In this document: one piece after another, positions 51,689 to 64,000 of the stretch
Layout of the letters: every line of letters begins with the position of its first letter
Position numbering within the stretch: the first letter of the stretch is position 1
Source of the DNA: Callorhinchus milii
Taxonomy: Eukaryota
Length of the DNA: 64,000 nt
Direction of reading: 5' to 3'
Assembly (NCBI RefSeq): GCF_018977255.1
Contig: NW_024704743.1
Span: 4,404,001-4,468,000, forward strand
Position numbers and translations under genes: made by a program
Notes under the pieces: generated by a model
The model's input: the letters and a program-made list of their open reading frames with translations, nothing else
The model's database searches: none
What the model was told of the DNA's origin: nothing

Positions 51689-52110
51689 GTCAGCTTGAGT
51701 CAGTTCCTAACACTCTTGCCTCTAAGTTCAGAGGTGGTGGGCTCCATCACCACGTGGGGACTTCACAGTCTGAGCTGACACTCGAACCCAGTGCTGGGGG
51801 TAGGTTTTATTGTCAGAGGTGCAGTCCTTCGGATCAGACGCCCGCTCTATCCATTGAGGTGGACGTTAAAGATTCCATGGCACTGCTCGGAAAGAGAAGG
51901 GAGTTTCTCCTGGTGTCCTGGGTCGCAACCCCCCAAATAATACCAATTATTTATTTTGTGGGTTGTTTGTGGCTTGCGCAATTGGGCGACTGTATTCGAA
52001 TACAAATACGCAGTCCGTCCACTTCGCAATACGTCCCGTGAAGCGCTTCGAGATGTCCTCCCAGTATGAAAGGCACTGAACCGAATGCAAGGATTGCCAT
52101 TATTATCATT
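51689..52110 (+). mobile_element. Family B Deu-type SINE, near full length
   Basis: gtcagcttgagtcagttcctaacactcttgcctctaagttcagaggt...ggacgttaaagattccatggcactg...gggagtttctcctggtgtcctgg...gtgaagcgcttcgagatgtcc. Confidence 0.75.
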
Positions 52111-53338
52111 AGTGTGGGTTCAGTTTTCTCGTAGACGTTTAGGACATGAACCTCAGCCACACTTGAAGCAGTGGGCACACTTATAAATGTGTCCCTTGTC
52201 GTGCATTTAACAAGTCCGCTCGCAGTGGATGATGATTGGAACTTGGCACTTATGAATCACCCGATTTAGGTTTGCTTCGCTGCGAACGTGCGTGTGGTCG
52301 CATGCTACATCGTGTGCGATCGGAGCATCCAGGGCAACGACAAAGAAACAGGCTTGAAAAGACTTGAGGAGCCTAGCCTTTGTCCAGTGCACAGAGCACG
52401 TCATTTCCTCTTTGTGTGCCACAGGGATTATTCAAGTCCCCCGGGTGAGGAATTAGGGGTGGGGGGAATGGGGGTGTTGGGGGGAATGGTGCCTATTGTT
52501 GGGCTTGAAGGAGGCTGGGATAGAAAGGGTGTGTGGTGGGGGTGGGGTGTGTGTGTGTGTGTCATATCTCCCAATGAGAACCCCCATTGACTCGGAGGAT
52601 ACCGCAGGTGGTTGGATGATTTGGAAAGAGCCAAGTTGCTCGTGGCCTAAACCTAATGCTGTTTTAACCGAGGAAAACACGACACGTTTGTCAGACGGTG
52701 CAAATTCTGATTTCTGTAGTCGGCGTGAACAGTCGGAACGCATTAGGATGAACGTCACGGTAATAAGTGCTGCGTCCCAGCTGACTGCAGGAATCCCCCT
52801 ACAGACTGTGCGCAAAGCACCTGTCTCCGAGAGGTCTTTGTCAGGACAAACTTGGCTCTGGAGTGGAAGTAGGTAGCCCAGGCATTACTCCGGGTGGGCT
52901 TCAGCCTCGAAGAATGGAGACGTCAGAGCAGGGAACTCTCCAATTTACGTTTCAAGACGGATTGCGCAGCGACTTATCTTACGTGGAGTCCTGTCGCTCC
53001 GTGGTTAGGGGTCCTCTCGCAAGCCAGAGGACCTGGGTTCGATTCCCGGCCAGGGCCATTTCAGCATCCTCTCGCTTACTTCCAAATCAATTCGTGCCCA
53101 AGCACCTTCCTACCTCTCTGACCTGGTTACACCACCCCCCCACTCCGCTATCCGCCACCTTTTGTCCAGCTGGCTCCAGCCTACTATGAGGCTGTGTTTT
53201 CAGCAGGTAACACACCCCAAAACTCTCTGGAACCCTTTGCCCCAATCCCTCCGCCTTGTGCCCCCCCCTCCCCAACCACCACCCGATTTCATCTGAAGAT
53301 CTTCCTCTTTAACTGTGCACAAGGTCACCTCCTTTCTC

Positions 53339-53374
<36 letters not shown>

Positions 53375-55029
53375 CCCCCCAGCTCGGAGCCAAACTCCGT
53401 CACTGTTACGCACTTCGCGACACCACTCGCGAGAAGGGCACCGTATGAATGCAAGTTGTTGTTGCGTTTATATAGAGAGCTCAGCTTGTCAGAAGAATAC
53501 ATCAATCGAGAGGGTCTGAGAGATGGGAGTAGAGGATTTTTACTTTACCTTTGGACCAGCTGGTGGATTCTAATGATCTTCCCCAGTCGTGACCTTTCCT
53601 TTGAATGATTCACTGATTGAAGTGAAGAGGACGCTGTGTAATGAAGAGCATCACACGTCTGATGCCACAGGTTCAAGCAGTGAAGGTCTGACGTCGAAGG
53701 GAAGGCACAAAAACCTCCCCACAAAAATAAGCTGCAGCCTCTGAGCAAAAGTCTGCAGGGATCACATTTTTCACAACGCGCAAAAAAAAAAGGAGAAACG
53801 CTGATATAATTTCTGCACAAAAGGCGTCACACCTATATTTTAAATGTTGCGAATATTCTGTGAAGCTCTTGGAGGAGTCCTGGAGGCTTGAAAAAGTGCT
53901 ATTATCAAATGTAAGGATTATTATTATAATATTATTGTGATGAAGACTTTTTTTTTCATACTCTCTCTTGGAAGCATGTGAGAGACCATCTTGAAGCATG
54001 TTGCAAGCGTCCGTACAAAAGACACGAGTCATTGTCAGATAATCGTTTGATTTAGTACAGTGGAGGAAAAGCAAAGACTGAATCATTTCAGGACTAATTT
54101 CCTTTGGCAGAAATCAACATATTTATGTGTGTGTGAAATAGAGAGGGATTTCTCTCTAATTCTCTCCGACTTATCACATGTAACACTGAATTCTGCTAAT
54201 GCGGAACAGCAAAAGCAAGGGGAACAATCTAAAACAAATCTGTCACGGCATTATTTTTTTTGCAATGGGTGGAGAAATGTTGATCTAATTCCTAAAACAT
54301 TTCAATCCTCGCAATGAATGCATTTCACATTACCCATTTTAATCTGACTTTTTAATTTACGTATGTACGTATGCACGTATGTACACTACATCCCAAATAC
54401 ACGCACACTTACATCGGAGCAATTTTTATACGATTATGTAGAACCATTCACCATATGTAGACAACAACAATAAAAAAACACAAGTTCAATCAAAGTGCAA
54501 TCAATATTGCTATACAGAGACCTGGAATAATCTGACATGTTTCATTCAGATATCCTGTTTGTTTTTGCGGTAATACCTTGTAAAACCCCAATGGGGGAAA
54601 GATTATGTATTTTGATGAATACAAAATAGATTTACTTTTCCAAAGAGTCTTCATTGAAAAAAGAAAATGAGAGAAATGGTGCGTTCACTCAGTGCACAGA
54701 CACAGTTTATGTTTCTCTCGATCGCTCCAACTTGTCCCCTCCTTGTCCGCCTTCAGACCACATACGAAGACCTCGCTCTCTTTGACCGGGCCTATTGTCA
54801 GCTCCCCTCTCTCCCCAGGTGGGTGTCAAGCTACCTGGGTGATGGGTGCTATGTAAATGCAAGTTAATGTTGTTGTAAGACATGACCTATAAGAATCTTT
54901 GCAATTATAGGTCAGCCCAGCTCAGCTGGTAATATTCTCACTTCTGGATCAGCTGCTTTTGGGTTCAAATCTCATGTTGGGGGACTTGAGCTCATAGTCA
55001 CAGTCTCCGCTGTCGCTCTCTTGGGAAGT

Positions 55030-56040
55030 CCTATGACTTGGTGTACAACGGTAAGATTAAAAGCGAGACATCATTATGGATTTGAAATTGGTTGAAAGGA
55101 AGAAAGCAGAGGGGGGCTAAGTCCAAATGGGATAGGTATGAAGTGGGGTGGGAGAGGGGCCAGTTTGAGGGATCTGTGGAATCCGTTGGGGCAGCAAACA
55201 TCTTATGAATGTGATAGGGCGGATGTGAACGTGGGCTGATGGCTGGCAAATGGATTTCAACACAGATAAGTGCATAGGAAGTGCATGAATTCATGGATGA
55301 GATAGAACTTGCATAGGGGGAAGCTGAAAGAGACCTCGGAGTGTTAGTTGACTCATCACTCACCATGTCTAGACGGCATTTAACAGTGTGAGGCAGCAAC
55401 AAATAAGACAAACAGGATGCTGAGCTGTATTGCTAAATTGGTTCATTTGGGATCTAGCTGTACACTGCTCTTACCAGCACCTTGGGACGTCCTCCCGATG
55501 TGAAAGGCGCTATACAAATGTAATTTTGTTGTTGTTGTTGGTCAGGTCACACTTGGAGTAGTAATAATAATAATAATAATCCTTGCATTTAGTATAGCGC
55601 CTTATCACGTCTTCGAGACGTCTCAAAGTGCTTCACAGAATATACTGTAAAGTGAATTGACTGTATATTTCATGGGCGAAACGTGGCAGCCAATTGCACA
55701 CAGCAGCGTCCCACAAACAGCCGTGGATTGAATTGGATCCAATACATTGAAGACACCGATTTATTATTGTTATTATGTTTTCTTAAGGAATTATTACTCC
55801 GGAAAAACAAGGTTCTTGCCAAACTGCACCTAATCCTCTCCAGAATTAGGCAAGGGGGATGCATCACATTCAGGGAGTGAGTGTACATTTAAAAAATAGA
55901 GGGATTAGGGGATATGGGGACAGGGCAGTTAATTGGAGTTAGGTCTGAAGATCAGCCATGATCTTATCGAATGGCGGGGCACAGGCTTGAGGGGCCGAAT
56001 GGCCTACTCCCGCTCCTAATTCTTAAGTTCTCATGTTCTT
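55030..56040 (+). mobile_element. CR1 fragments (RT region 55030-55440; 3' tail 55860-56040) with L2 and SINE tails between them
   Basis: WADGWQMDFNTDKC and ERDLGVLVDSSLTMS motifs; tail gatcagccatgatcttatcgaatggcgg..caggcttgaggggccgaatggcctactcccgctcctaattctt. Confidence 0.85.
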
Positions 56041-56962
56041 ATTCCATTCCAATACATTTCTCTGGAATTTCCATGTGTAGATAGGATGCGAGGAACTCTC
56101 CGTTTGGTTTAGACACTTTTTACAAGTTTCTGCGTGTGTCAGACACCTGGCTGACCCCCGAAAAATTGCGAAGCCTACGTATAAGTGTTTTCTATGACAA
56201 CCCTCTTGGCATCATTTGTTCCATTTATGTGAATGTGTCAGAATTGCCTAAACTATCACTGGGTGATGAATTGATTCCCACGCCACATTATCTCGCTAAA
56301 ATCATGTTTCAATCTTTTGATCGATTTCTTTTTTTTCCCCCCCAGATGCATAATTCTTTTTTGGTGAATTAATGCTGTGTGAGTATTGGTATAAACAAGA
56401 TTACATGACAGCTACCTTGACAGAAGAAGATAAAAGGAGGAAAAAAGTACAGCTGAGAAATGGAGATTGTCAGAGATGCCATTCTTTAGATGAGATGTTA
56501 AACCGAGGTTCTGTCTGTCTGTTTGGTTTGAACATTAAAGATTCTGTGGCAATTTTCAAAGAGAGGAAGGCGTTTCACCCGGTGTCCTGGCCAACAATTT
56601 CCCAAATAAAATCGGTTATTTCCTTCATGACTGTTTGTGGGACATTGCTGTGTGCAAATTGGCTGCCAAGTTTGCCTACCAAAATACAGTCACTACACTT
56701 TACATTAATCCCGTGAAGTGCTTCAAGACATTCTCCTGACATGAAGGGTGCTAGACCAAAGGCAAAGATTATTATTATTATTTTCATCTTTTATATAGGA
56801 GAATGAGTGGGAAACTGAGCCATTTGGGGATGTGAGGGGGGGAAGAAGGCGTCTGAAAGTACAGCTTGAAAGAAGCCTGCGTTGAGGGAGCGGAGTGAGT
56901 TGGAGGTTATAATAATAAATAGTATAATAATATATAATGTAAAATAATAATAACATAATATA

Positions 56963-57271
56963 CAATAATCCTTGAATTTGATATAGCGCTTTTCATGTCT
57001 TCTCGACGTCTCAAAGCGCTTCACAGAATAGACTGTAAAGTAAATTGACTGTATATTTGTGGGCGAACGCGGCAGTCAATTGCGCACAGCAGCGTCCCAC
57101 AAACAGTCGTGGATTGAAAATGACCAACTTATTATTGTTTTGTTTTTTGGAGGGATTATTATTGGGCGTGTGGAGTAAGGAAACTTGCCCAAGGTTTCGC
57201 CGGGTCTGGAATTGAACCCAGGTGTCTCGCTTGCAAGGCGAGTGCTCTAACCACTGAGCTACAGGTCTCCA
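56963..57271 (-). mobile_element. Family A SINE, internally deleted variant
   Basis: Head and tail intact, but gggattattatt joins directly to ggcgtgtggagtaagg. Confidence 0.9.
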
Positions 57272-57545
57272 CAAATGCAAGGATTATTATTATTGGAAGA
57301 TATATACGGCAGCTAATCTATACACAGCAATGTCCCACAAACAGCCATGGACAGAATGTTACCTGGGGGATTGTTGGCCAGGACACCAGGAGAAACTCCC
57401 TTCTCTTTTCAAATAGTGACATGGAATCACCTGAACTGACAGATTTGGTTTAACTTTGCATCTGAACGACAGCTCCAATAGGGTCCAATACTGCAATGGA
57501 GTGTCAGCCTGGGCAAGGAGCAAGTCCGAGTAGTAATGAGTACTG

Positions 57546-57862
57546 AATAATAATCCTTGCAATTTGATAAGGCGCTTATCACGTCTTCGAGACGTCTCAA
57601 AGCGCTTCACAGAACATACTGTAAAGTGAATTCACTGTATATTTGTGGGCGAAACACGGCAGCCAATTGCGCACAGCAGCGTCCCCACAAACAGCCGTGG
57701 GGTTGAAGCGACCAATCTATTGTTGTTTTATTTTTCTTGAGGGATCATTAGCGGGCGTGTGGAGTAAGGAAACTTACTCCACGGTTTCGCCCTGTCGGGA
57801 ATCGAACCCAGGTCTCTCGCTTGCGAGGCAAGCACTCTAAACCGCTGAGCTACAGGACTCCA
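57546..57862 (-). mobile_element. Family A SINE, same internally deleted variant
   Basis: gggatcattagcg joins directly to ggcgtgtggagtaagg; head ends ctgagctacaggactcca. Confidence 0.9.
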
Positions 57863-59557
57863 GTAGTGTGGAGTCTATCTATGTTGAGCGTTTAAGATTC
57901 CAATTGAAACTTCTAAGGAGAAAGAAGTAAATATTACAGAGCTCCAATTATTGTAGAAACAGCGATGATTTTTCTTTGTCATCAACACCGGAAAATGACG
58001 GCCCACAAAGCTTTAAGAACAAATCGATGCTTTGAGCAACACAAAACATTACGTTTTACAATCCAGTATTTTTTTTTTGCACAAAAGATCATGGATTCCG
58101 CCATTTATGGATCAAACTGGGCCCTACGATGTTGTGCTTCCTTTTGTCGATTCTTTCCAAATATTCAATTTGTTTCAACAGATCAAGTAATTGCTTCTTT
58201 TTTCAACAAAAAAAGACTATCGTCGTCTGGGGATGCAAACCTTACTGTGATTTTTTTTTCCCAGTCAAGCATAAGACAAGCGGACATGAGAGACCTTGAT
58301 TCTGGTGAATATTCAGGGTTTATCCAATTTTAGGAACTTTCAGCAAACATAGGTTTAGACTACAACAGTAGTCTGTGTGGAAGAGGATGAGGAAGTCACT
58401 TACAGGATCACCAGGGAGATGACAGAGGAAAAGCATTACATGTTAAAAGAAAAATGCGAGAAGAGGAAATGAAGAGTCATAATGCTCACAAACAAAGATC
58501 GGGTAAAAAAAAAAAGGCCCTTCAGCTCGTTTTCTCTCACAAAATACACAGTCAGTTAATTTTACGGTATATCCTGTGAAGCGCTTTGTGACGTCTCGGC
58601 GATACGAAAGGCGCAATATCAAATGCAAGGATTATTAGTGTTATTTTTGATCTGATCCTTTGGGTTATCAATCCTGTCACCTTCGACATCAAGTTCTTTC
58701 TTAAATGCGCCCAGTGTCCTGGTCCCTACCACCTTCCCGGTAACCTTTACCTGCAGCAAGATTACTCTCTGTGCAAAGGAAACCTTTTGGGTAAATTTTA
58801 ATGTGCTCAATGGCAATGCAGTTCATAATTAAAGGGCATTTGAGATGAAAAAAGTGAGAGTCAAATAGGAAGTTATCATCCAACAGAGCTAATCAAGTAC
58901 TGTACTAAGGTATACCTTGAGGGTATTTAAATGTGAGTCAAAACAGATGATTATAGCCTTGTATAAATCATCTGGGGAGATTGAATTTGGAATATATTGG
59001 CAGTTTTTAGGCACCCGACTGTCAAAAATGTTTTGATGTGTCAAGCCTCAAGCAAATCCTCCCCTCCCATGGAGCAGTGGCCGTAAGCACTGGACTTCCC
59101 AGATATTAAAGTAATTAATGCCCTATCAATTTTCACCCCATAATATAAGCCTTGCATGCGATACAGCACCTTATTATGTCAGCATCAAGTCTCAAATAGC
59201 TTCACAAGATTTTTGCTGTAATACGTATTTTGTAGGCAAACAATGTTCCACAGACTGCCACGGACCGAGTGGCCACTTTTTAATTGTGGAGACTGTTTGC
59301 CGGGACACCGGGAAAATCACCTTTCTCTTTCCGAATGGTGCCCGTGGGATCTTTAATATACACCCGAGCAGACAGATGGCTCGTCGGTTTAGTGTCTCGT
59401 TTGAAGGATGGTACTTCTGACCACGCAGTTTCCCCAGGATTGTACTAGAACATCAGCTTATACTACACTGTTAGCTCAAAGTCCTGACATACGGTTTGAA
59501 CCATTGCCTTTTGACTCAGACACACGTGACTCAGCTCCCAGCTGAACCAGGTTGACA

Positions 59558-59961
59558 TAATGATAATAATAATCATAATAATGATGATAATTATCCTTGC
59601 ATTTGATATAGCGCCTTATCACGTCTTCGAGACGTCTCAAAGCGCTTTCTACGATATATTGTAAAGTGAATCGGCTGTATATTTTGTGGGCGAAACGCGG
59701 CAGCCAATTGCGCACAGCAGCGACCCACAAGCAGTCGTGGATCGAAGTGACAAATTTATTATTTTTTATTTGTTTTGAAGGAATTGTTACCCCCGGAAAA
59801 GTGATCCGCCAATTAACTAACAGCCGGGTTCCTACTTATTGCTAGGTAAACAGAGGCGTGTGGAGTAAGGAAACTTGACCAACGTTTTGCCCCTCTGGGA
59901 ATCAAACCCAGGTCTCTCTCTTGCGAGGCGAGTGCTCTAACCACTGAGCTACAGGACTCCA
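59558..59961 (-). mobile_element. Full-length family A SINE
   Basis: Complete, low-divergence copy ending ccactgagctacaggactcca. Confidence 0.92.
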
Positions 59962-60597
59962 CGCATGTGAAGAAAACAACAACTTCTTGCATTTATACAG
60001 CAGATAAGTCGGAAGGGCAAGGGAGGTGACCTAAGACACGGTTGAAGAGAAAAGTCTTTGTGTGTGATTTAAAGATGGCCAAAGAGGGGGCAAGACAGAG
60101 GGATTGAGGTGAGGAATTCCAGAGATTTGGGGCGTAGAGGCTGAAAAAACGGCTGCTAATTGTGGAGTGGAGGGGACAAGAGATGTGCAGAAGACCCAAT
60201 AAAGAACTAGATGAATGGGATGGATGGCAGGTTAGATTAAACAGAGCGCAGATAAGAAGACTGTGTGGCAACGTAATAGTTTCTGTGATACTGGCCAAAC
60301 AATCCTAAAATGGGTTTATAAGGACAGATAAATATTTTAGAGGTTTTTTAAATTTATTTTTGAAGATGGGGGAAAAGATTTGCAGAACCTTGCAGAATAA
60401 ATAGGTTGATGGATATGATGAGTGAAAAGCACTTTCTTTCTTTCGCATTTTCTTGTGTCCTTGCACGAGATCTTGAAAGGCTACTGATTTCTGTCAAGCG
60501 CTGCTCATTACTCATTGGTATACATCATCTAAATGTAGATTCCTTTGCAGTTATCTCACCAAATTCCCCTCAGATGTAAGAAGTCATGTTGTGTGCG

Positions 60598-61200
60598 TCA
60601 GCCTTGCTCATTTGGCAGCACTCCTGCCTCTCGGGCAGAAGATTGTGAGTCCAAGTTGGGACCTGGAACTCACATAGTCTAAGATGAAACTCCAACACAG
60701 TGCTCGGGACTACTGCATCGTTGGAGAGGTCATCCTTTAGATGCAATGTTAACCCAGGCCTGTTTTCCTGCTCAGGTGGATGCTAAAGATCCCATGGCAC
60801 TATTTTAAAAGAGAAGGAAGTTTCTCTCTCCCGGTGTCCTGGCCAACAATCCCCCAAACAAAACTCACTCCATGGCTGTTCGTGGGACATTGCTGTGCAG
60901 AAATTGGCTGCCGCCTTTGTCCACAAAACACACAGTCACTGCACTGCTCTGCAGTAATATCCCGTGAAGGTATCCAGGACATTCTCCTGACATAAAGGCC
61001 AATGCACACTCTCGGGTCCCCAAGCCCAGATTCGTGCCAAACTGCGTTTAATATTTTCCGGAATTAAGCAAACGGGATGCATCCCTCCAGGGAGAGAGTG
61101 TGCATTCCATGTGTAGGTGGGATGCATGGAAATTCCTGTTGGGTTTGACTACTCTTAAGCGTGGCGATGGGTTTCCTCATGTGTGAGACACCCGGCTGAC
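60598..61200. mobile_element. Family B SINE (+, 60598-61000) followed by a family X copy (-, 61010-61200)
   Basis: cagccttgctcatttggcagcactcctgcctc...aaagatcccatggcactatttt...cccggtgtcctggccaac; then ctcttaagcgtggcgatgggtttcctcatgtgtgagacacccggctgacc. Confidence 0.75.
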
Positions 61201-63033
61201 CAAACCAAAATATATCAAACGTAAGGATTATTTATTATTTTATTGTTGTTATTATTTACTTACAACAGATAAATCTTTCATGCAAAGATTCGAAGCAAAA
61301 ATGGATGACATTCCCAAGTCCGAGGAGGGCTCTTGCCACAACCTATCTCAGAGAAACAAATGAGGTTGACTTTCTTTTACTGTAACTAATACCACGCACA
61401 TTGGAAACATAAGGCAAGGAATTGTTTCATCCACGGTTACCCTTCAACCAGGTCCGTTTTCTAATCAACCATCTGTACATTCAGCAGAAACAGCTGTGTG
61501 CCTGGTACACAAGCAAATAAACAGAAAAAGCAAAATAAAAATATTTTAAGATCTTGTGCAGCTTTGTTTGACGGTTTGGGAATTTGTTCGTCTCGCACAA
61601 CTAAGATTTCGACGTTTCACACCAAACGAGATCCTCAAATGCTATCGAACGACTAGAAAATCAGAACAATCTGGGCCATGGAATTGGGATTTGCCCACAA
61701 GAACATCCATACAGTTGTGATTTGTTTGCCCTTTGCGACGTGCAAAGTTTCCACTCTCGATACAATACAATACGATACTAAATTGATGCTAGAAAGCGGT
61801 CCCAGGTTGGAGGTGCAGGAGAGTCTGTGGTGGGTTAGGACGCAATTGGATTTATCCGCAATCTGACCTTGTTGTTGAATGTCTTTCTGAATTCACAGCC
61901 TGAGGTCCGATGCGAACAATGGCCACTTAGGAGATCGACCGAGTGCCAGTGAAGCCAACAGAAGGGAAATCAAATAAGGTCCCCTCATGAGAGGAGAGAA
62001 AATTGGCCGACAAAGCCCATTTCTCCCCACAACTGAACAGTCAGAGTTCGTCTACCAGTTGATTCAGATGAACTCACTCGTTGATTCTCACGCTGCCTGA
62101 TAGAAACTGCTCGACCTTTCCTCTCGTGACTGCTGTAACGCCACACAGCCAAACTCCGAGATTCCCCTCGCGAGGGAACGAGTTGCCAAATCTTCGTCGC
62201 GCCACTCCACTGGCGCAGTGACAGTGCCCTTCCCCACCATCCGACGACGCACTAATCTCTTAATTAAGTGAATGAAGTGCCAACTGTAAGCAACCGTGTG
62301 GCACTCTGTGATACAGCCTGGTCTTGCTTTTCACCCTCGGGAAGATGAGGAACGAACCGATTAATTGAGAGAGCCATACAATTAATTGTATTGTGTTGTA
62401 TCAGACCAAACTCTGATCCTCTGCCATTGCTGATGATAATAATAATAATAATAACCCTCGCATTTGATATAGAGCCTTATCACATCTTCAGAGCGCTTCA
62501 CAGAACATACCGTAAAGTGTAGTGACCGTATTTCAATAATATTCCTTTCATTTGATACAGCGCTTTTTCACATCTTCGAGACGTCTCAAAGCGCTTCACA
62601 GAATAGGCTGTGAAGTGAATTGACTGTATATTTGCGGGAGAAATGCGGCAGCCGATTGCGCACGGCAGCGTCCCCGCAAACAGTCGATACTCTCCATCAG
62701 GAGTCACTGGAATGAAGATTAGGTGAGGCGCACCTGGTGATATTTTGCTCCGCTGCAGCTACGTTGCGCTGAAAACCAGCTGCGTGTTAACATCAGCTAA
62801 TCTGCCATAAACTGCCGTAACCTTCCCTTCCGAACATTCTGTTCACATTAAATTGGCTTCGGTTTAGTTCATTTGACAAATTAAAACTCGCTGTCGCTGA
62901 ACTCGGCCCTAGAAATCCCCCGCCCCAAAATCTCAGCTTGTTTTAAGCTTACAACCCTTTTACACGCACCATCCTACCACAAATTCTGTGGCGTTCCCCT
63001 TTTTTTTAGAAAAAAACAAAATATGCACATCCA

Positions 63034-63051
63034 CTGCACTAGGTGGCAGTT
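63034..63051 (+). promoter_or_regulatory. Candidate CTCF site
   Basis: ctGCACTAGGTGGCAGTt versus core CCACTAGGTGGCAG, in unique sequence; motif match only. Confidence 0.4.
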
Positions 63052-63714
63052 TAATCTACAAGTTAACGCAGCGTGGGTTCCTTTTAATAGAACAGCAATG
63101 CGTCCATTATAATCCATTCTTTCCAATTAATTTGCTCATTTCCACATTATCCTCCTCCGTCATTGCTTTTAAAAAAGAAGAGGAACCGTTCTCTTGCTGT
63201 TAGAGGATAATCCTGATTTCCCTTGGATGTTTTCAATAGCACGAGGTGATAGAAATTTACAGCGCAGAAGGAGACAATTCAGCCCATTGTCTAGACTCGG
63301 CGAAAGAGCTATCGATTATCTTGCCTTCCGCCCCCCCCCACAACCTCTTTTTCTATCGTTTCTTTTTACTGTACCTCCGATATATGCGACTCCCTACTTA
63401 AAATAATAACAAGAATTATCTTCCCTGTGTTTGATAACCACGTCGTTGAGACGTCTCAAAGTGCTTCACGGAATGTGCTGTAAAGTGGGTTGACTGTGTA
63501 TTCCGTGGGCTAATGGTGGCACCAAACTGCGTACAGCTAACGTGGATTTTTTTTATTCAACAACCCTCCGTATAAAAATAATCCTCCGAACCTTTCCCTT
63601 TGCTCTTTTGGAAATGACCTTACATCCGTGCCCACCCTTTACTGACTCGTTCCCTCCTCGCTGTATCAAAACTCCTCGTGGTTTTATACAACTCTATCAA
63701 GTCTCCTCTACCCC

Positions 63715-63885
63715 ACCCCTCCCACTCCCACCAAGGGATTTGGACAAACTGGAGGGCGGGGAGGGTAGGGGTAGGAGGGCGAACAAAGGCGCGGTCGAAG
63801 AAGAAGGTCTTGAGACGGGCTTTGAAGGAGGCGAGGGAGGGAACGGGGCAAAGGGCCTGTGGGATGGGGTTCCCAGAGGATGGGG
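63715..63885 (-). mobile_element. L2 3' fragment
   Basis: aaaggcgcggtcgaagaagaaggtcttgagacgggctttgaaggaggcgagggagg is the reverse of the L2 SLASFK..LKT.FF region. Similar pieces lie at 38210-38352, 40030-40270, 53180-53465 and 59985-60200. Confidence 0.8.
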
Positions 63886-64000
63886 GCAGAGACCGCCAAT
63901 GTATAGGATAAACTATTTTGAGTACAGTGTCTTAAATGAGTCCTTGTCTCAACCACCTAATCCACCTACTGTTATCCCCTGTGTGTAAAGTGCCCTTCAC

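Noticed and set aside
4880..62690. Recurring gagacgtctcgaagacgtgataaggcgc motif as a CRISPR-like or regulatory repeat
   Set aside because: The copies are dispersed, on both strands and irregularly spaced; they are 5'-truncated SINE tails in a eukaryotic genome.

Overview
Vertebrate genomic DNA. The SINE, L2 and CR1 content suggests a cartilaginous fish, probably chimaera-like; this is inferred from recalled repeat consensus, not from a search. Positions 208-24317 (+) hold the last 14 coding exons of LARP4B (La motif, RRM, C-terminal low-complexity region, stop at 24315-24317). All introns are GT-AG and the phases join into one open frame of about 665 codons; the N-terminal exons lie upstream of the window. 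A repeat-free 3' UTR of about 3.3 kb follows, ending near an AATAAA at 27604. The remaining ~36 kb has no recognisable host gene and is dense in retroelements: a tRNA-Ala-headed SINE sharing its 3' stem-loop with L2, a second Deu-type SINE, L2, CR1 and RTE fragments, an LF-SINE-like relic and an unclassified repeat with a fixed hairpin end. A hAT MITE lies in a LARP4B intron. The best new candidate is a 112-nt intronic cassette in LARP4B (14194-14305) with canonical splice sites, an in-frame stop and a ~100-nt G-U-containing hairpin, i.e. a putative structured poison exon. A second poison-exon candidate lies at 9119-9348 and a degenerate hammerhead-like fold at 33141-33198. Most ORFs in the supplied track are spurious. 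Repeat boundaries are approximate.
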